Shown: positions 1-9,685 of the stretch, one piece after another
How positions within the stretch are numbered: position 1 is the stretch's first letter
How the letters are laid out: the number at the start of each line of letters is the position of its first letter
Assembly: GCA_050633305.1 (NCBI GenBank)
Contig: JBOEGF010000063.1
Location: 19,409-83,408, forward strand
Length of the DNA stretch: 64,000 nt
Direction of reading: 5' to 3'
From: Nannocystales bacterium
GTDB taxonomy: Bacteria > Myxococcota_A > Polyangia > Nannocystales > Nannocystaceae
Notes under the pieces: generated by a model
What the model saw: the letters and a program-made list of their open reading frames with translations, nothing else
Told to the model about the DNA's origin: nothing
The model's database searches: none
Position numbers and translations under genes: made by a program

Positions 1-1110
1 GGTGTTCTGGCGCCGCAAATCGCATCCGCATCCAACGGCGCCGGTCAACGCACGCCTCCGATCTACCCGCTTGCCGCATGCATCGCGGAGGTGGACCGAA
101 GTGTGGACCCGGTGTTCCACCTCGACATCGGGTTACCACGCGAAGACTTCATGGTGAGCGACGACGAGCCCGAGGACTCGCGGCGCCTGCAGTTCTTCCT
201 CGTGTGCGAGGACATCCCCGCCGAGCTTCAAGACCTTCCCAACTGGGTCACGGCGGCCGAAGCCGAGGAGGCTCTCGCCCGCGGCAGCATCGAAGCGATA
301 CCGCCCGACCAGGACATCCTCGAGCGGCGAGACGATCTACAGGGCTGCGTGTTCCCGATGAACACCTCCGCGCAACGCATCCCGATCACCTGTGAAGCGA
401 CGCAGGCCGGGCTCGATTTCGATACCAGCAACATCCCGGTGGGCAACTACGTCGTGCGCGGATACACCTATGAGCCGCCACTCAACCTCTGGAGCGAGCG
501 ACGCGGCGTGGTCCGGGTCTCGGACGATGTCGACGCCGCACCGGCGACGGTCGGTCTGCGCACACCATCCCTCGACGGCGTGCAGCTCCGGCCGGGGTCA
601 CCGTTTCCGATTCGTGGTTGTGCAGCCGGAACCTCCGACGTCGTCTTGCAGTGGGCATCGCTCATCAACCTCGGCGGCGACGACGACGCGGCCGCCTGGC
701 AGACGCTAGCCACGGTCACCCGAGCCGGGTCCTTCGAGATCGATTTCGACCCGCCTCTGGACGCCGTCGGTCAGCCGCTACTGATCCGCGGCGTCGCCGG
801 TCCACAAAGCAGCGTCCCATGGATCGACCATGCGGAAGGGACGTTCCTCGTGTTCGGCGACGGCGGCACCAGCGACGAGCCCTTCGGCGAGCCTGTCGAG
901 ATCTGCGGATTCTTCGACCCGGACGTCGCCCCAGAGATGCCGGCGACGACCGGCGGTGACACCGGTGGGGAACTCTCGGGCACCGAGGACACGGACCCTG
1001 CGGGCTGCGCATGCACCTCGGCGGGGCGAGGAGCCCGCGACGGACGCCAAGCCGGGTGGCTGCTCTTCGGCCTTCTCGGAGCCCTGAAACGTCGACGACG
1101 GCGCCCTTGA
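1..1110 (+). CDS. MYXO-CTERM-type surface protein, 5' partial
   Basis: Frame is open from base 1. Acidic body, Gly/Thr linker, and C-terminus GCAC...GWLLFGLLGALKRRRRRP (Cys, TM, poly-Arg). Confidence 0.75.
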   Translation, partial: GVLAPQIASASNGAGQRTPPIYPLAACIAEVDRSVDPVFHLDIGLPREDFMVSDDEPEDSRRLQFFLVCEDIPAELQDLPNWVTAAEAEEALARGSIEAIPPDQDILERRDDLQGCVFPMNTSAQRIPITCEATQAGLDFDTSNIPVGNYVVRGYTYEPPLNLWSERRGVVRVSDDVDAAPATVGLRTPSLDGVQLRPGSPFPIRGCAAGTSDVVLQWASLINLGGDDDAAAWQTLATVTRAGSFEIDFDPPLDAVGQPLLIRGVAGPQSSVPWIDHAEGTFLVFGDGGTSDEPFGEPVEICGFFDPDVAPEMPATTGGDTGGELSGTEDTDPAGCACTSAGRGARDGRQAGWLLFGLLGALKRRRRRP

Positions 1111-1139
1111 CCAACCGGCCGGCGAGCGAGTCCAGCGGA

Positions 1140-1310
1140 GGCGAGCTCATGAACGCCGCGCGCGTAGGGACATCGACGTCGTCCTTGTCTGGCGCCTCGA
1201 TCGATGGGGCTCTCTCTTCCTGACCTGATCGGGAGCCTGCACGAACTCAGCGAACTCGGCGTGAGCTTCATTTCCCTCACCGAGGCGCTCGGCCTGACCA
1301 CGCCCATCGC
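1140..1310 (+). pseudogene. Serine recombinase (resolvase) fragment
   Basis: Across two frameshifts reads ELMNAAR/RDIDVVLVWRLDRWG/SLPDLIGSLHELSELGVSFISLTEALGLTTP, a resolvase catalytic-domain segment. Confidence 0.7.
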
Positions 1311-1539
1311 CTCGCGCAGGTCTGACGCAGCCTTGTCCATGCCCTCCAAGGCACGACGGCCTGCCACGACGCCGAACCCCGCGCTCCGTGCCCTCCCGCG
1401 CGGCTCGTTCGACCACGCTTTAGCGCCTAAACGTGACTGGAGCCGAATCGAGATCCCCGTCTTCGAGACGCCGACCGGCCGAGCTCGGCACGCGGACAGC
1501 AGCGGCGTTCGAGGAGCCGAGTGGTCGTGGCCCTAAGGC

Positions 1540-2555
1540 TCAACCGCGACGGCGACGGCGGAGGCCGAGGATCCCCAGCAGCAGCAAGCTGAACCCGCTG
1601 TTACGGCGATCGACGGCACAGGTGCCGCCCGATCCGCCATCTCCGCCCCCGCTGGCCCGTGCCGTCGTCGCGCCGGAGGTGCCGGAGGTGCCCGTGGCGC
1701 TTCCCCCCGTGGATCCAGTCGGGCCTGCGGTCGCCGCCGTCGTGCTGCTTCCGCTCGCCGACGCGCCGCCGGTGCTGTCGTCGCCAACACATCCGGGGTT
1801 GCCGATAATGTTGCCTCCGCTCTCGTCGCAGCCTTCGTCGGTCCCGGGCAGGACGATGATGAGCTCCGTCATGTGGGCCTCGTAGGACCGACCCGCGTTG
1901 TCGGTGGCAGTCACACGCACCAGGAGGGTCTCCGTCGCGAAGTCGTCCCCAGGGACGAACTCGAGGGCGAATGCCTCGTCGTCGGCAGGGATGTTCTCCG
2001 CAAACGTGATCCAGGTCGGCTGCCAGTCCTCCCCCTGGCCGTTTCCGGGAGTGGTCGCGAACTCACCGGTCAGGGTCGTGCCAGGTGCTCCATGCACGCA
2101 GCCCTCGATCACGGCGGCGTCGTTGGCGTACACGATCAGTTCGCGACTGTTCACCGCGACGCCCGGGCCGACGGCCTCCGGGTCACCGTCGTCGTCTCTG
2201 CGATCAGGTTCTTGTCGAGCGCGACCTGGACATCTGCGGGTGTGATCCAAAGATGGGGGTACTCCGTCTGCGGGTTTCCCTGTCGAGACAGCGCCACGAA
2301 CTGATGTCGGCGGGAGTCGATGACCTCGTCCTCGAGCAGCTCCTCCCCTGGGCTCGGATCCTCGTCGGGGATGTCATACGAGAACTGGTAGACCGGGTCG
2401 GCGGATCGGTCGACGAACTCGACGCATGCGACGGGCGAATTCTCCCACGTAACGGGCAGGCGGGGCTTGATGCCGTTCTCGGCGGACGCATCGCTCGGCA
2501 GCAATGCGGGCGCGACGACCGCGGCGGTGAGCACGAGGGGGCGCGTCCATGCCAT
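1540..2555 (-). pseudogene. MYXO-CTERM surface protein paralog, frameshifted by internal deletion
   Basis: Signal peptide MAWTRPLVLTAAVVAPALL and N-half similar to 1..1110 (DRSADPV, DSRRHQF, WITPAD). Frame switches near 2190 to a C-half ending CAVDRRNSGFSLLLLGILGLRRRRRG. Confidence 0.7.
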
Positions 2556-3158
2556 ACCGACAAGTGTGGGCTGGGTCGCCAAGGGACACAAGGCCCTCTG
2601 GGTACCCGCGGAGGCCCGGTGCATTACGCCCTGGCAGCTTGGGGCTAGCCCGCGGATCCGCCGCCTGGGAGGCCGTGAACTTCGCCAGGGCCTCAGCTCC
2701 GAGCTTTGGGACGCCCGTGACGTGGTTCGGGCGCCGCCGATCGAGGCCTTGATGTCGACGTCGAGTTTGACGACGAGGTCGAGTTCTCCTGTTCCTTGAA
2801 CCGGCGTGAAACGTCTGTCGTGACGGGGCCAGTTTGGTCCAACGGCCCAACAAGTTCTTGATGAAGCCGGAGCCGCCGACATCGCGGCCGGCTTCGCCTG
2901 GACCCGGTTTGGGGCGAGGAGATGGACATTGCCGCCGTCCACGATCTGCCATGTGAAACGCGTGACCGGCGGGTCGCACCAACTCGAACGACGCAGGGAC
3001 TTCGCAAGATGCAAGTCTCTTCACGCGGAATCCCGAAGATGTCGCGTGCGATCCGGCAGAGTGACCCGAGGGCGATAGGATCCACCTCTCGATGCGAACG
3101 CACCTCAGCCGCATGGGATGGAGTCAACTCCGCTCGGGAACGATGCCGCGGTCCTAAG

Positions 3159-3962
3159 TCAGCGGAGGCGCAAAATCCTGGCCGCTCCCGTCAGGACGAG
3201 GACCGCCACAAGTGTCCCGATCACGAGGTCGGGTATCGCCGAGCCGGTCAGGGCGACCAAGATGCCGGCGCCGATCACACCGAGGTTTGCCAGCGCGTCA
3301 TTCGTGGAAAAGATCCAACTCGCGCGGAGGTGAACTCCGCCCTTGCGATGACTGGCGAGTAGCGCGACGCAGGTCAGGTTCGCAGCCAGCGCCACGACAG
3401 CGACACCGATCATCAGAGTCTCGACGGGTTCGCTCCCAACCACCGCACGTCGAGCCACCTCCGCGAAGGCACCGGCCGCCAGGAGCGCCTGCAACCAGCC
3501 GCTGAGTCGAGCCGCGCGTTTCTGGTCAGCGAGTGCTCGTCCCACGGCGACGAGAGAGAGTCCGTAGACCATCGCATCCGCGAGCATGTCCAGCGAGTCC
3601 GAGATCAGGCCCGTTGATTGTGCGAGGAAACCAAGACCCAACTCGGCCACAAACATCACGCCGTTGATGGCGAGCAGGATCTTGAGGACGCGGCGCTCGG
3701 CAGCCGGGTCGGCCGGAGCCTCAGCCTCGCGGCTCGCCGCCTTCGTGGCTTCGATGCTCGCCCCCAGCCCAAGCGGTGTCAGCAGGTCGAGAATCGCCGC
3801 CGGATCGCCACAATGGGTGACGGCGACTCGTCGGGCGTCGAGGTCGAATCGGAGGCCGCTCACGTCGTCCAACGGCTCGACCGCCATTCGGATCAGGCGC
3901 TCCTCCGATGGGCAATCCATCTTCGGAACCAGGAACGTGGTCTCTTTCATCGCCTTCGCCAC
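3159..3962 (-). CDS. Cation efflux (CDF-type) transporter with N-terminal HMA-like domain
   Basis: N-terminal MDCPSEE, TM motifs SDSLDMLADA and HLRASWIFSTNDALAN. Confidence 0.85.
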   Translation of the reverse strand: MAKAMKETTFLVPKMDCPSEERLIRMAVEPLDDVSGLRFDLDARRVAVTHCGDPAAILDLLTPLGLGASIEATKAASREAEAPADPAAERRVLKILLAINGVMFVAELGLGFLAQSTGLISDSLDMLADAMVYGLSLVAVGRALADQKRAARLSGWLQALLAAGAFAEVARRAVVGSEPVETLMIGVAVVALAANLTCVALLASHRKGGVHLRASWIFSTNDALANLGVIGAGILVALTGSAIPDLVIGTLVAVLVLTGAARILRLR

Positions 3963-4213
3963 ATCCCCTTCTCTGCCATGCTCGCAAGGGTACGCCGTTC
4001 GTCGGAAGCTGTGTTCGCCCGGCGTGTCGATACCCGTTCGAAAGACCTACCGAGGCACCAGCGAGAGCGGTTCAGCACAGCGTACGACCGGTCCCTCGCG
4101 TCCGCGCCGAGCAACACCTACGCCGCGGTGGAGAGAACGGCGCAACCGCGCAACGAACCCGGCCGAGAGACTCGGCACGCCCACGGACGAACGAGGGCCA
4201 GACCGACCTTAGG

Positions 4214-4603
4214 CTACTCGATGCGACGCGCCGTCACCCGAAAGGCCGGCGCAGGACCGCGGTCAACGCCTTCGATGGCCGCTGCCAGAGAATCGACATT
4301 CGTCCTGCTCGGATCGAACAACACGGTCGCCGTTCCCGACTGAAAGTCCGCCGCGGCCGAGACGACGCCTGCGACCCTCTCAAGCGTCTGGCTGGCGACC
4401 TCAGCCCATCCCCGGCACACCACGCCCTCGATGCTCAGTATGGCCCGACGCTCCTCCGGCGACGTCGGCTCGTCGCTCGCGAGCGCCCCCTTGGCTTGCT
4501 CGGGCTGCGTGGCCTCCCCGGGAGCCGGGGTCACGGCACGGGAAGAGCTGTTGCAGCCGAGCGCGCCCCCGAGGAGCAAGGCAACCACGAGCGTTCGAAT
4601 CAT
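4214..4603 (-). CDS. MerP-like HMA-domain lipoprotein (CxxW instead of CxxC)
   Basis: Lipobox ALGC, HMA fold LSIEGVVCRGWAEVASQTLERVAGV, ATGA overlap with upstream gene. Confidence 0.75.
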   Translation of the reverse strand: MIRTLVVALLLGGALGCNSSSRAVTPAPGEATQPEQAKGALASDEPTSPEERRAILSIEGVVCRGWAEVASQTLERVAGVVSAAADFQSGTATVLFDPSRTNVDSLAAAIEGVDRGPAPAFRVTARRIE

Positions 4604-4866
4604 GCGGCGCTCCCCACCCCCGCCGTACGAAGGCCCGCCTCGGTTGGGCACGACGACCCAACACAGCAATCCGCCAGCTTGCCGTTGACGACGACCGCGG
4701 GCACACGGGTGATACCGAGGTCCTTGGCGCGCTTGGAGACGGTTGGGTCCTTCATGTCGAGGACACTCACGTCGCACGAGGGACACGCGATGTTGTTGAC
4801 CAGCTGGATAGTGCCCTTGCACGCGGGGCAACCAGCGCTGAATATTTCTACGGTTCTCTTACTCAT
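4600..4866 (-). CDS. Small thioredoxin/glutaredoxin-like protein
   Basis: EIFSAGCPAC, CPSC, cis-Pro loop GITRVPAVVVNG, C-terminal DCC. Confidence 0.85.
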   Translation of the reverse strand: MSKRTVEIFSAGCPACKGTIQLVNNIACPSCDVSVLDMKDPTVSKRAKDLGITRVPAVVVNGKLADCCVGSSCPTEAGLRTAGVGSAA

Positions 4867-4897
4867 GGCGTTTCGTTTCTCCTTGGTTTGGGATGTT

Positions 4898-5635
4898 CTA
4901 TTCGGGGACGACAGGACGGCATGTTGAACAGCTCGGAGCGGTCAATCTGCGTGGCCACGCGTTCCAGATGCATGCGACGATGAGCGCGGCGATGCCGAAA
5001 TAAACGGTGACGGTCGAATCCAGGGCGAACTTGCCAACGAGAACGGCGACCGCCGATGAGGCGCCGAGACACAGTGGGCCGTACCCGCGTCGGGATCGAG
5101 CACCCAAAGCAAGGGCAGCGAGCGCGGTCAGGAGGAAGACGGCGCTGATGGGCAGAAGCCAGCGGGCTTCCATCAGGACCGTGAGCCCGGCCGCGCCGAG
5201 AACTCCGGCGTACGCCGGCCAACACAAGGGGCACACCACCTTGGGCACGAGTGCGATGCCGATCCCAGGCAGCACAGCGGCGGTCGACCTCCATCGACTG
5301 CGGGACGGCGTTGGGGGCCGCTCCTCAGAGCCGACGCCTCCTTGGCCCGCGCGACCGAGTGCCTCGGCGATGACTTCGACGCTGGGTGCCCCGCCGCTGG
5401 GGTAGACGCGGCAACAGTCCTCACCGCCTGCGGTCAGCCCACCAACGTCTACGCCGTCGACGAGGATGGTGGGAGAGCCGAATCCGCGGACCCGCTGCGG
5501 GGACGCTGCGGAGCCGATTTGGTGCTCTTTCCAACGAGTCGAGATGCCTACCTGCGAGAAGGCCAGTACCAGGTTTCCCCGGGTCGCCTCTACGTTGGGA
5601 CAGTCCTTGTCGTACACGAAATCAACCGTTGGCAC
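4898..5635 (-). CDS. merC: Thioredoxin-like domain fused to MerC/MerT-type membrane transporter
   Basis: N-domain YDKDCPN...GFGSPTILVDG...CCRVY, then four TM segments with PKVVCPLCWPAYAG and C-terminal CSTC. Confidence 0.7.
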   Translation of the reverse strand: MPTVDFVYDKDCPNVEATRGNLVLAFSQVGISTRWKEHQIGSAASPQRVRGFGSPTILVDGVDVGGLTAGGEDCCRVYPSGGAPSVEVIAEALGRAGQGGVGSEERPPTPSRSRWRSTAAVLPGIGIALVPKVVCPLCWPAYAGVLGAAGLTVLMEARWLLPISAVFLLTALAALALGARSRRGYGPLCLGASSAVAVLVGKFALDSTVTVYFGIAALIVACIWNAWPRRLTAPSCSTCRPVVPE

Positions 5636-6056
5636 GGTCGCGCCCCTTTTCGATCGCGTCGAGGATGGGACACTCGCTCGTCGGCCCCTTGCCCCGACAG
5701 GCCTTGGCCAGCCTTTCCAGCGCGCCCTTGATGCGCGTCAGGTCGGCCATCTTCTCTTCGACGTCCACGAGCTTGGCCTTGGCCAGCGCGCGCACGTCGG
5801 CGCAGCTCTTGTCCGGATCAACCCGGAGCTCGAGCAGCTCGCTGACGCCCTTGAGCGTGAAGCCGAGGTCCTTCGCGCGCCGGATGAACATGACACGAGC
5901 AACGGCATCAGGCGGGTACTGGCGGTACCCCGACGACCGCTTCCGCGGTGGTTTCGGCAAGAGACCCTCGCGCTCGTAGAAGCGGATCGTCTCCACGCCC
6001 ACGCCCGCGGCACTCGCCAGCCTGCCGATGGTCAGGGCTGTCTCTCCAGAAGCCAT
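5622..6056 (-). CDS. merR: MerR-family metal-responsive regulator
   Basis: TIGRLASAAGVGVETIRFYEREGLL HTH and three Cys at Hg-MerR-like positions (SCADV, ACRG, ECPIL). Confidence 0.9.
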   Translation of the reverse strand: MASGETALTIGRLASAAGVGVETIRFYEREGLLPKPPRKRSSGYRQYPPDAVARVMFIRRAKDLGFTLKGVSELLELRVDPDKSCADVRALAKAKLVDVEEKMADLTRIKGALERLAKACRGKGPTSECPILDAIEKGRDRANG

Positions 6057-6062
6057 GCTCTG

Positions 6063-6094
6063 AAGATAAGCCCCGTACAACGGTACAGGGTCAA
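6063..6094 (-). promoter_or_regulatory. MerR-type promoter/operator
   Basis: TTGACC, 19-20 bp spacer, TATCTT. The dyad CCTGTAC-cgtt-GTACGGG resembles the Tn21/Tn501 operator (CCGTAC-N4-GTACGG). Confidence 0.85.
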
Positions 6095-6175
6095 GGCCTA
6101 AACTTGCAGGACCTTCGAGACGTCGCCACGGCACCGTCACCCCCTGCCGAGCACGCACCGATGAGCACCCGAACC

Positions 6176-6841
6176 TCACCCTTGGCCGGACAACTCCACG
6201 AGGCCGTTCGTGCCACATCCCGGCCGGCCGACGATGGTTCTGTAGATGCCGGCGGAAACTCGAACATCGAGGATCCGGATGCCGGCGGACCTAACGTTCG
6301 CCACGGTGCGGCGGTTCACATGAATCCCCAACACTCGAAATAGGACCGGGTCGAAGGCGTCCGCAAGCCAGCCAGCGAGCCTGCCTTCCGGACGGACATG
6401 CTCTAGCAGTAGGATCTGTCCGTCCGGACGGCAAACTCGAGCAAGCTCTCGGAGGCCCCCCACCGGGTCTGTGATATCGCAGAAAACGAACGTTGAGATC
6501 ACACGGTCAAATGTACCGTCCTCGAACGGGAGAACGTGCACGTTGGCTTCGAGGAACGAGACCTCGAGACCGAGTTGCTCTGCCCGGTGCCTGGCCTGCT
6601 CGACCATCCTCGGACTGAGGTCGACGGCGGTCGCGTGGAGCCGCGGCGAATAGTAGGGCAAGTTGAGCCCGGTCCCAACCCCGACCTCCAGCAGTTGCAC
6701 ATCGTCGGGAACGAAGCCAAACAGGCGCTGCCGCAAGCGCCGATGAACGAGGAGTTCGAGTGGGAGCGTCGTGAGATCGTAGAACCGCGCGACGCGGTCG
6801 TACACGTCGCTCCCGGCACCACTTGGCCGCGCCCGACTCAT
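6176..6841 (-). CDS. Class I SAM-dependent methyltransferase
   Basis: LLEVGVGTGLN motif I, VDLSPRM, FDRVISTFVFC, LLEHVR. Confidence 0.85.
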   Translation of the reverse strand: MSRARPSGAGSDVYDRVARFYDLTTLPLELLVHRRLRQRLFGFVPDDVQLLEVGVGTGLNLPYYSPRLHATAVDLSPRMVEQARHRAEQLGLEVSFLEANVHVLPFEDGTFDRVISTFVFCDITDPVGGLRELARVCRPDGQILLLEHVRPEGRLAGWLADAFDPVLFRVLGIHVNRRTVANVRSAGIRILDVRVSAGIYRTIVGRPGCGTNGLVELSGQG

Positions 6842-6911
6842 CGCCCAGCCCGCTTCGGCGGGAGCCCCGAATAGTACGCGGGAACGACGAATACGCACGA
6901 TTCAGCCCCCG

Positions 6912-7334
6912 TCATGGTTCCAGCCCCTCGACGACACGGCGGATCTTCGCATCGACTTCTGCGACGATCGTTTTGAGTTCTGCGTTCTCGACGATGCGGA
7001 ACATCTCCCGAGGATTCACGACGGAAATGGTCGAGCCGCCATCGTTCTCGGCCACGACAACGTTGCAGGGCAGCAACAGGCCAACGAGCGGTTCAGCGGA
7101 CAGGGCTTGATGCGCGAGTGCCGGGTTGCAGGCGCCGAGGATGGTGTACCTACGGAAATCAACGTCGAGCTTGTTCTTGAGCGTTGCCTTCACGTCGATC
7201 TCAGTCAGAACGCCGAAGCCCTCGGCCTTGAGTCCTTCCGTCACCAGCTGGACTGCCCGGTCGAAGCTCGTCGAAACCAGGTGTTTGGTGAGGCCGTAGC
7301 TCGGATTATCAATGGTTGGTGTGTTCATTTGCAT
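6912..7334 (-). CDS. DUF302 domain protein
   Basis: GFGVLTEIDV, ILGACNP, GLLLPCNVVV. AAGGAG RBS upstream of ATG 7334. Confidence 0.85.
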   Translation of the reverse strand: MQMNTPTIDNPSYGLTKHLVSTSFDRAVQLVTEGLKAEGFGVLTEIDVKATLKNKLDVDFRRYTILGACNPALAHQALSAEPLVGLLLPCNVVVAENDGGSTISVVNPREMFRIVENAELKTIVAEVDAKIRRVVEGLEP

Positions 7335-7555
7335 TGTCTCCTTCTGTGATGGCGCTGCTCCCCGACAGCGCGGCAGTTTCACCGACGAGATCCGCCGATT
7401 GGGGGAGAAAAATCGCGAGCCTCCGAGAAGGCAGCGCGCGAGTCTGGCCCGATTGAAGCCCCCGATGACTCGTCGGTCACCGCGGGGCCAGTTCGTCCGC
7501 ACGATGACGCCTCCGACAGCAGCGATGATCGTGATGTTCATGGTCTTGCTGAGAA

Positions 7556-9685
7556 TCAGGATCTGAGCATCCGGAGGCCGTTCCCGATGACGAGGAACTC
7601 GCTCACTTCATGGGCGACAACCGCGATCGGGAGGGTGAGAACACCCAAGACCGCACCCACGACCAATGTCGCGATGACGATCACGGACAGAACGAGGTTC
7701 TGTCGTACGACCCGGTCACTCCTGCGAGCCAACCGGAGGGCGTAGACGAGCTTGTTCAGGTTGTCGGCCATCAGCGCCACGTCCGCAGTTTCGAGAGCGA
7801 CGTCCGTGCCCGCGGTGCCCATGGCGATACCGACCTGCGCCGTGGCGAGCGCAGGCGCATCGTTGACGCCATCGCCAACCATGGCTACATGTCCGTGGGT
7901 GCGGGCGAGGTCCTCGACAAGCCGAACCTTGTCCTCCGGCTTGAGATGACCGTGGACTTGGTCGACTCCCGCGGCAGCCCCAATCGCCTGCGCAGTCGTG
8001 TCGTTGTCGCCGCTGAGCATGACGATGTGTTCGATCCCGGCTCTTCTCAACTCCGCGATGGCACCTCGCGCCTCCGGACGCAGGTTGTCACGGAGCGCAA
8101 CAAGTCCCCGAGGGCACCCACGCGTGCCGGTCAAGATGACCGTCTTGCCTTCGGCCTGAAGGCTCTCGATCTGTGCGTCAAACTCGGCTAGGTCCGCCTG
8201 GAGTTCCTCCCGAAAATAGCTCGGGCTCCCGACGAAAACGGTCTCGTCTCCCACGCGCGCCGAGGCGCCGGCGCCCACGACCGCCTGAAAGTCGCGAGCG
8301 TCGCGTGGCTCGATGCCGCGCCCGGCTGCAGCGCGAACGATCGCACGCGCGAGTGGGTGCTCGCTCCAGTGTTCGATGCCGGCAGCGACGGCGAGGACAT
8401 CTTCTTCCGTCCGCAGCGCCCCGCGCTCGCTCGACAGTGGCACAACGTCCGTCACCTCGGGTTCGCCTCTGGTGAGCGTCCCGGTCTTGTCGAATGCCAC
8501 GACCCGTATGTTGGCGAGCTGCTCTACGTGGATGCCGCCCTTGATGAGCACGCCGTTGCGCGCCCCCGTGCCGAGCGTGGCGACGAGCGTGATTGGGATC
8601 GATATGACCAAGGCGCATGGCGCAGCGGCGACGATGAAGACAGTCGCTCGGGTGATCCACTCCACCCACGCGACCCCGAACAGGGCCGGAGGGACAATGG
8701 CAACGAGAACACCGACGGCCAATACGACGGGGCTGTAGCGGCGGCCAAACCGCTCGATGAACCTCTGGCTTCGACCCTTGCGCTCTTGCGCCTCCTCAAC
8801 CATCCGGATGATGCGCGACAGCGTATTTGCGGCGAAGGGCTTGGTGGCCCGCACCTCGAGAGCGCCGCCTCCGTTGATCGTGCCGGCGAGGACGTCCTCT
8901 CCTGGACCCCGATCGACCGGGACGCTCTCCCCTGTGACAGGCGCTTCGTTCACCGCGGAGCTCCCCGACACGATTTCTCCATCCGTGGCGACCGATCCCC
9001 CGGGGCGCACGATGAAGAGGTCGCCGACCAGCATCGACTCGACAGGGATCTCCCGCTCGACGCCATCTCTTCTTACGACCACGCGCTTGGGCGTCAGGTC
9101 CATCAGCGCCCTGATCGCCGACCGCGTCTTGTCGGCCGTGTACCCCTCTGCCGCCTCGGAGATAGAGTACAAGAACACCAGCATCGCCCCTTCGCCAGGT
9201 GCCCCCATCACGGCGGCAACGATCGCAGCGACAGCCATCAACAGCTCGATGCCGACGCGTCGTTCGAAGAGGAGTTCCTCCGCTGCCTCCCGGCCGAAGA
9301 AGTACCCGCCGACAGCGATGGACACGGCGTAGGCGGCAATCGAGACCATCGCCGCGACGCCACCGAGCGCGAGCACCCAACCCAGGAGCAACAGCACGCC
9401 AGAAAGCAGGGAGGTCACGACCTTTGCGTTCCGCCACGGAGGGGGAGGCCGGGCCGGCCCTCGGCTCGCCCGCGGCGGGAAACCGGCGTCTGCGAGCCGA
9501 CCGCGAATCGCCGCGGCGGTTGTGAGCGCCCCGTCGAACGCCACCGCAACCGCACCAGAAGCCGCGCGCACGTCGACGGTGCCGACGCCGCTTTCGCCGG
9601 CCAGAGTCCGACGCAGCTTGGCCGCATCATGCTCGCAGTCGAGGTTCGCGACGGTCAAATCCAGGTGCTGTCGATCGATGTTCAC
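7556..9685 (-). CDS. Heavy-metal P1B-type ATPase (P1B-4-like)
   Basis: TGES, APCAL, DKTGTLT, SEHPLA, GDGVNDAP, HEVSE. Degenerate N-terminal HMA (DCEHD). Confidence 0.92.
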   Translation of the reverse strand: MNIDRQHLDLTVANLDCEHDAAKLRRTLAGESGVGTVDVRAASGAVAVAFDGALTTAAAIRGRLADAGFPPRASRGPARPPPPWRNAKVVTSLLSGVLLLLGWVLALGGVAAMVSIAAYAVSIAVGGYFFGREAAEELLFERRVGIELLMAVAAIVAAVMGAPGEGAMLVFLYSISEAAEGYTADKTRSAIRALMDLTPKRVVVRRDGVEREIPVESMLVGDLFIVRPGGSVATDGEIVSGSSAVNEAPVTGESVPVDRGPGEDVLAGTINGGGALEVRATKPFAANTLSRIIRMVEEAQERKGRSQRFIERFGRRYSPVVLAVGVLVAIVPPALFGVAWVEWITRATVFIVAAAPCALVISIPITLVATLGTGARNGVLIKGGIHVEQLANIRVVAFDKTGTLTRGEPEVTDVVPLSSERGALRTEEDVLAVAAGIEHWSEHPLARAIVRAAAGRGIEPRDARDFQAVVGAGASARVGDETVFVGSPSYFREELQADLAEFDAQIESLQAEGKTVILTGTRGCPRGLVALRDNLRPEARGAIAELRRAGIEHIVMLSGDNDTTAQAIGAAAGVDQVHGHLKPEDKVRLVEDLARTHGHVAMVGDGVNDAPALATAQVGIAMGTAGTDVALETADVALMADNLNKLVYALRLARRSDRVVRQNLVLSVIVIATLVVGAVLGVLTLPIAVVAHEVSEFLVIGNGLRMLRS

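Noticed and set aside
2560..3150. Overlapping ORFs between the MYXO-CTERM paralog and the CDF gene
   Set aside because: No coherent protein signal in any frame.
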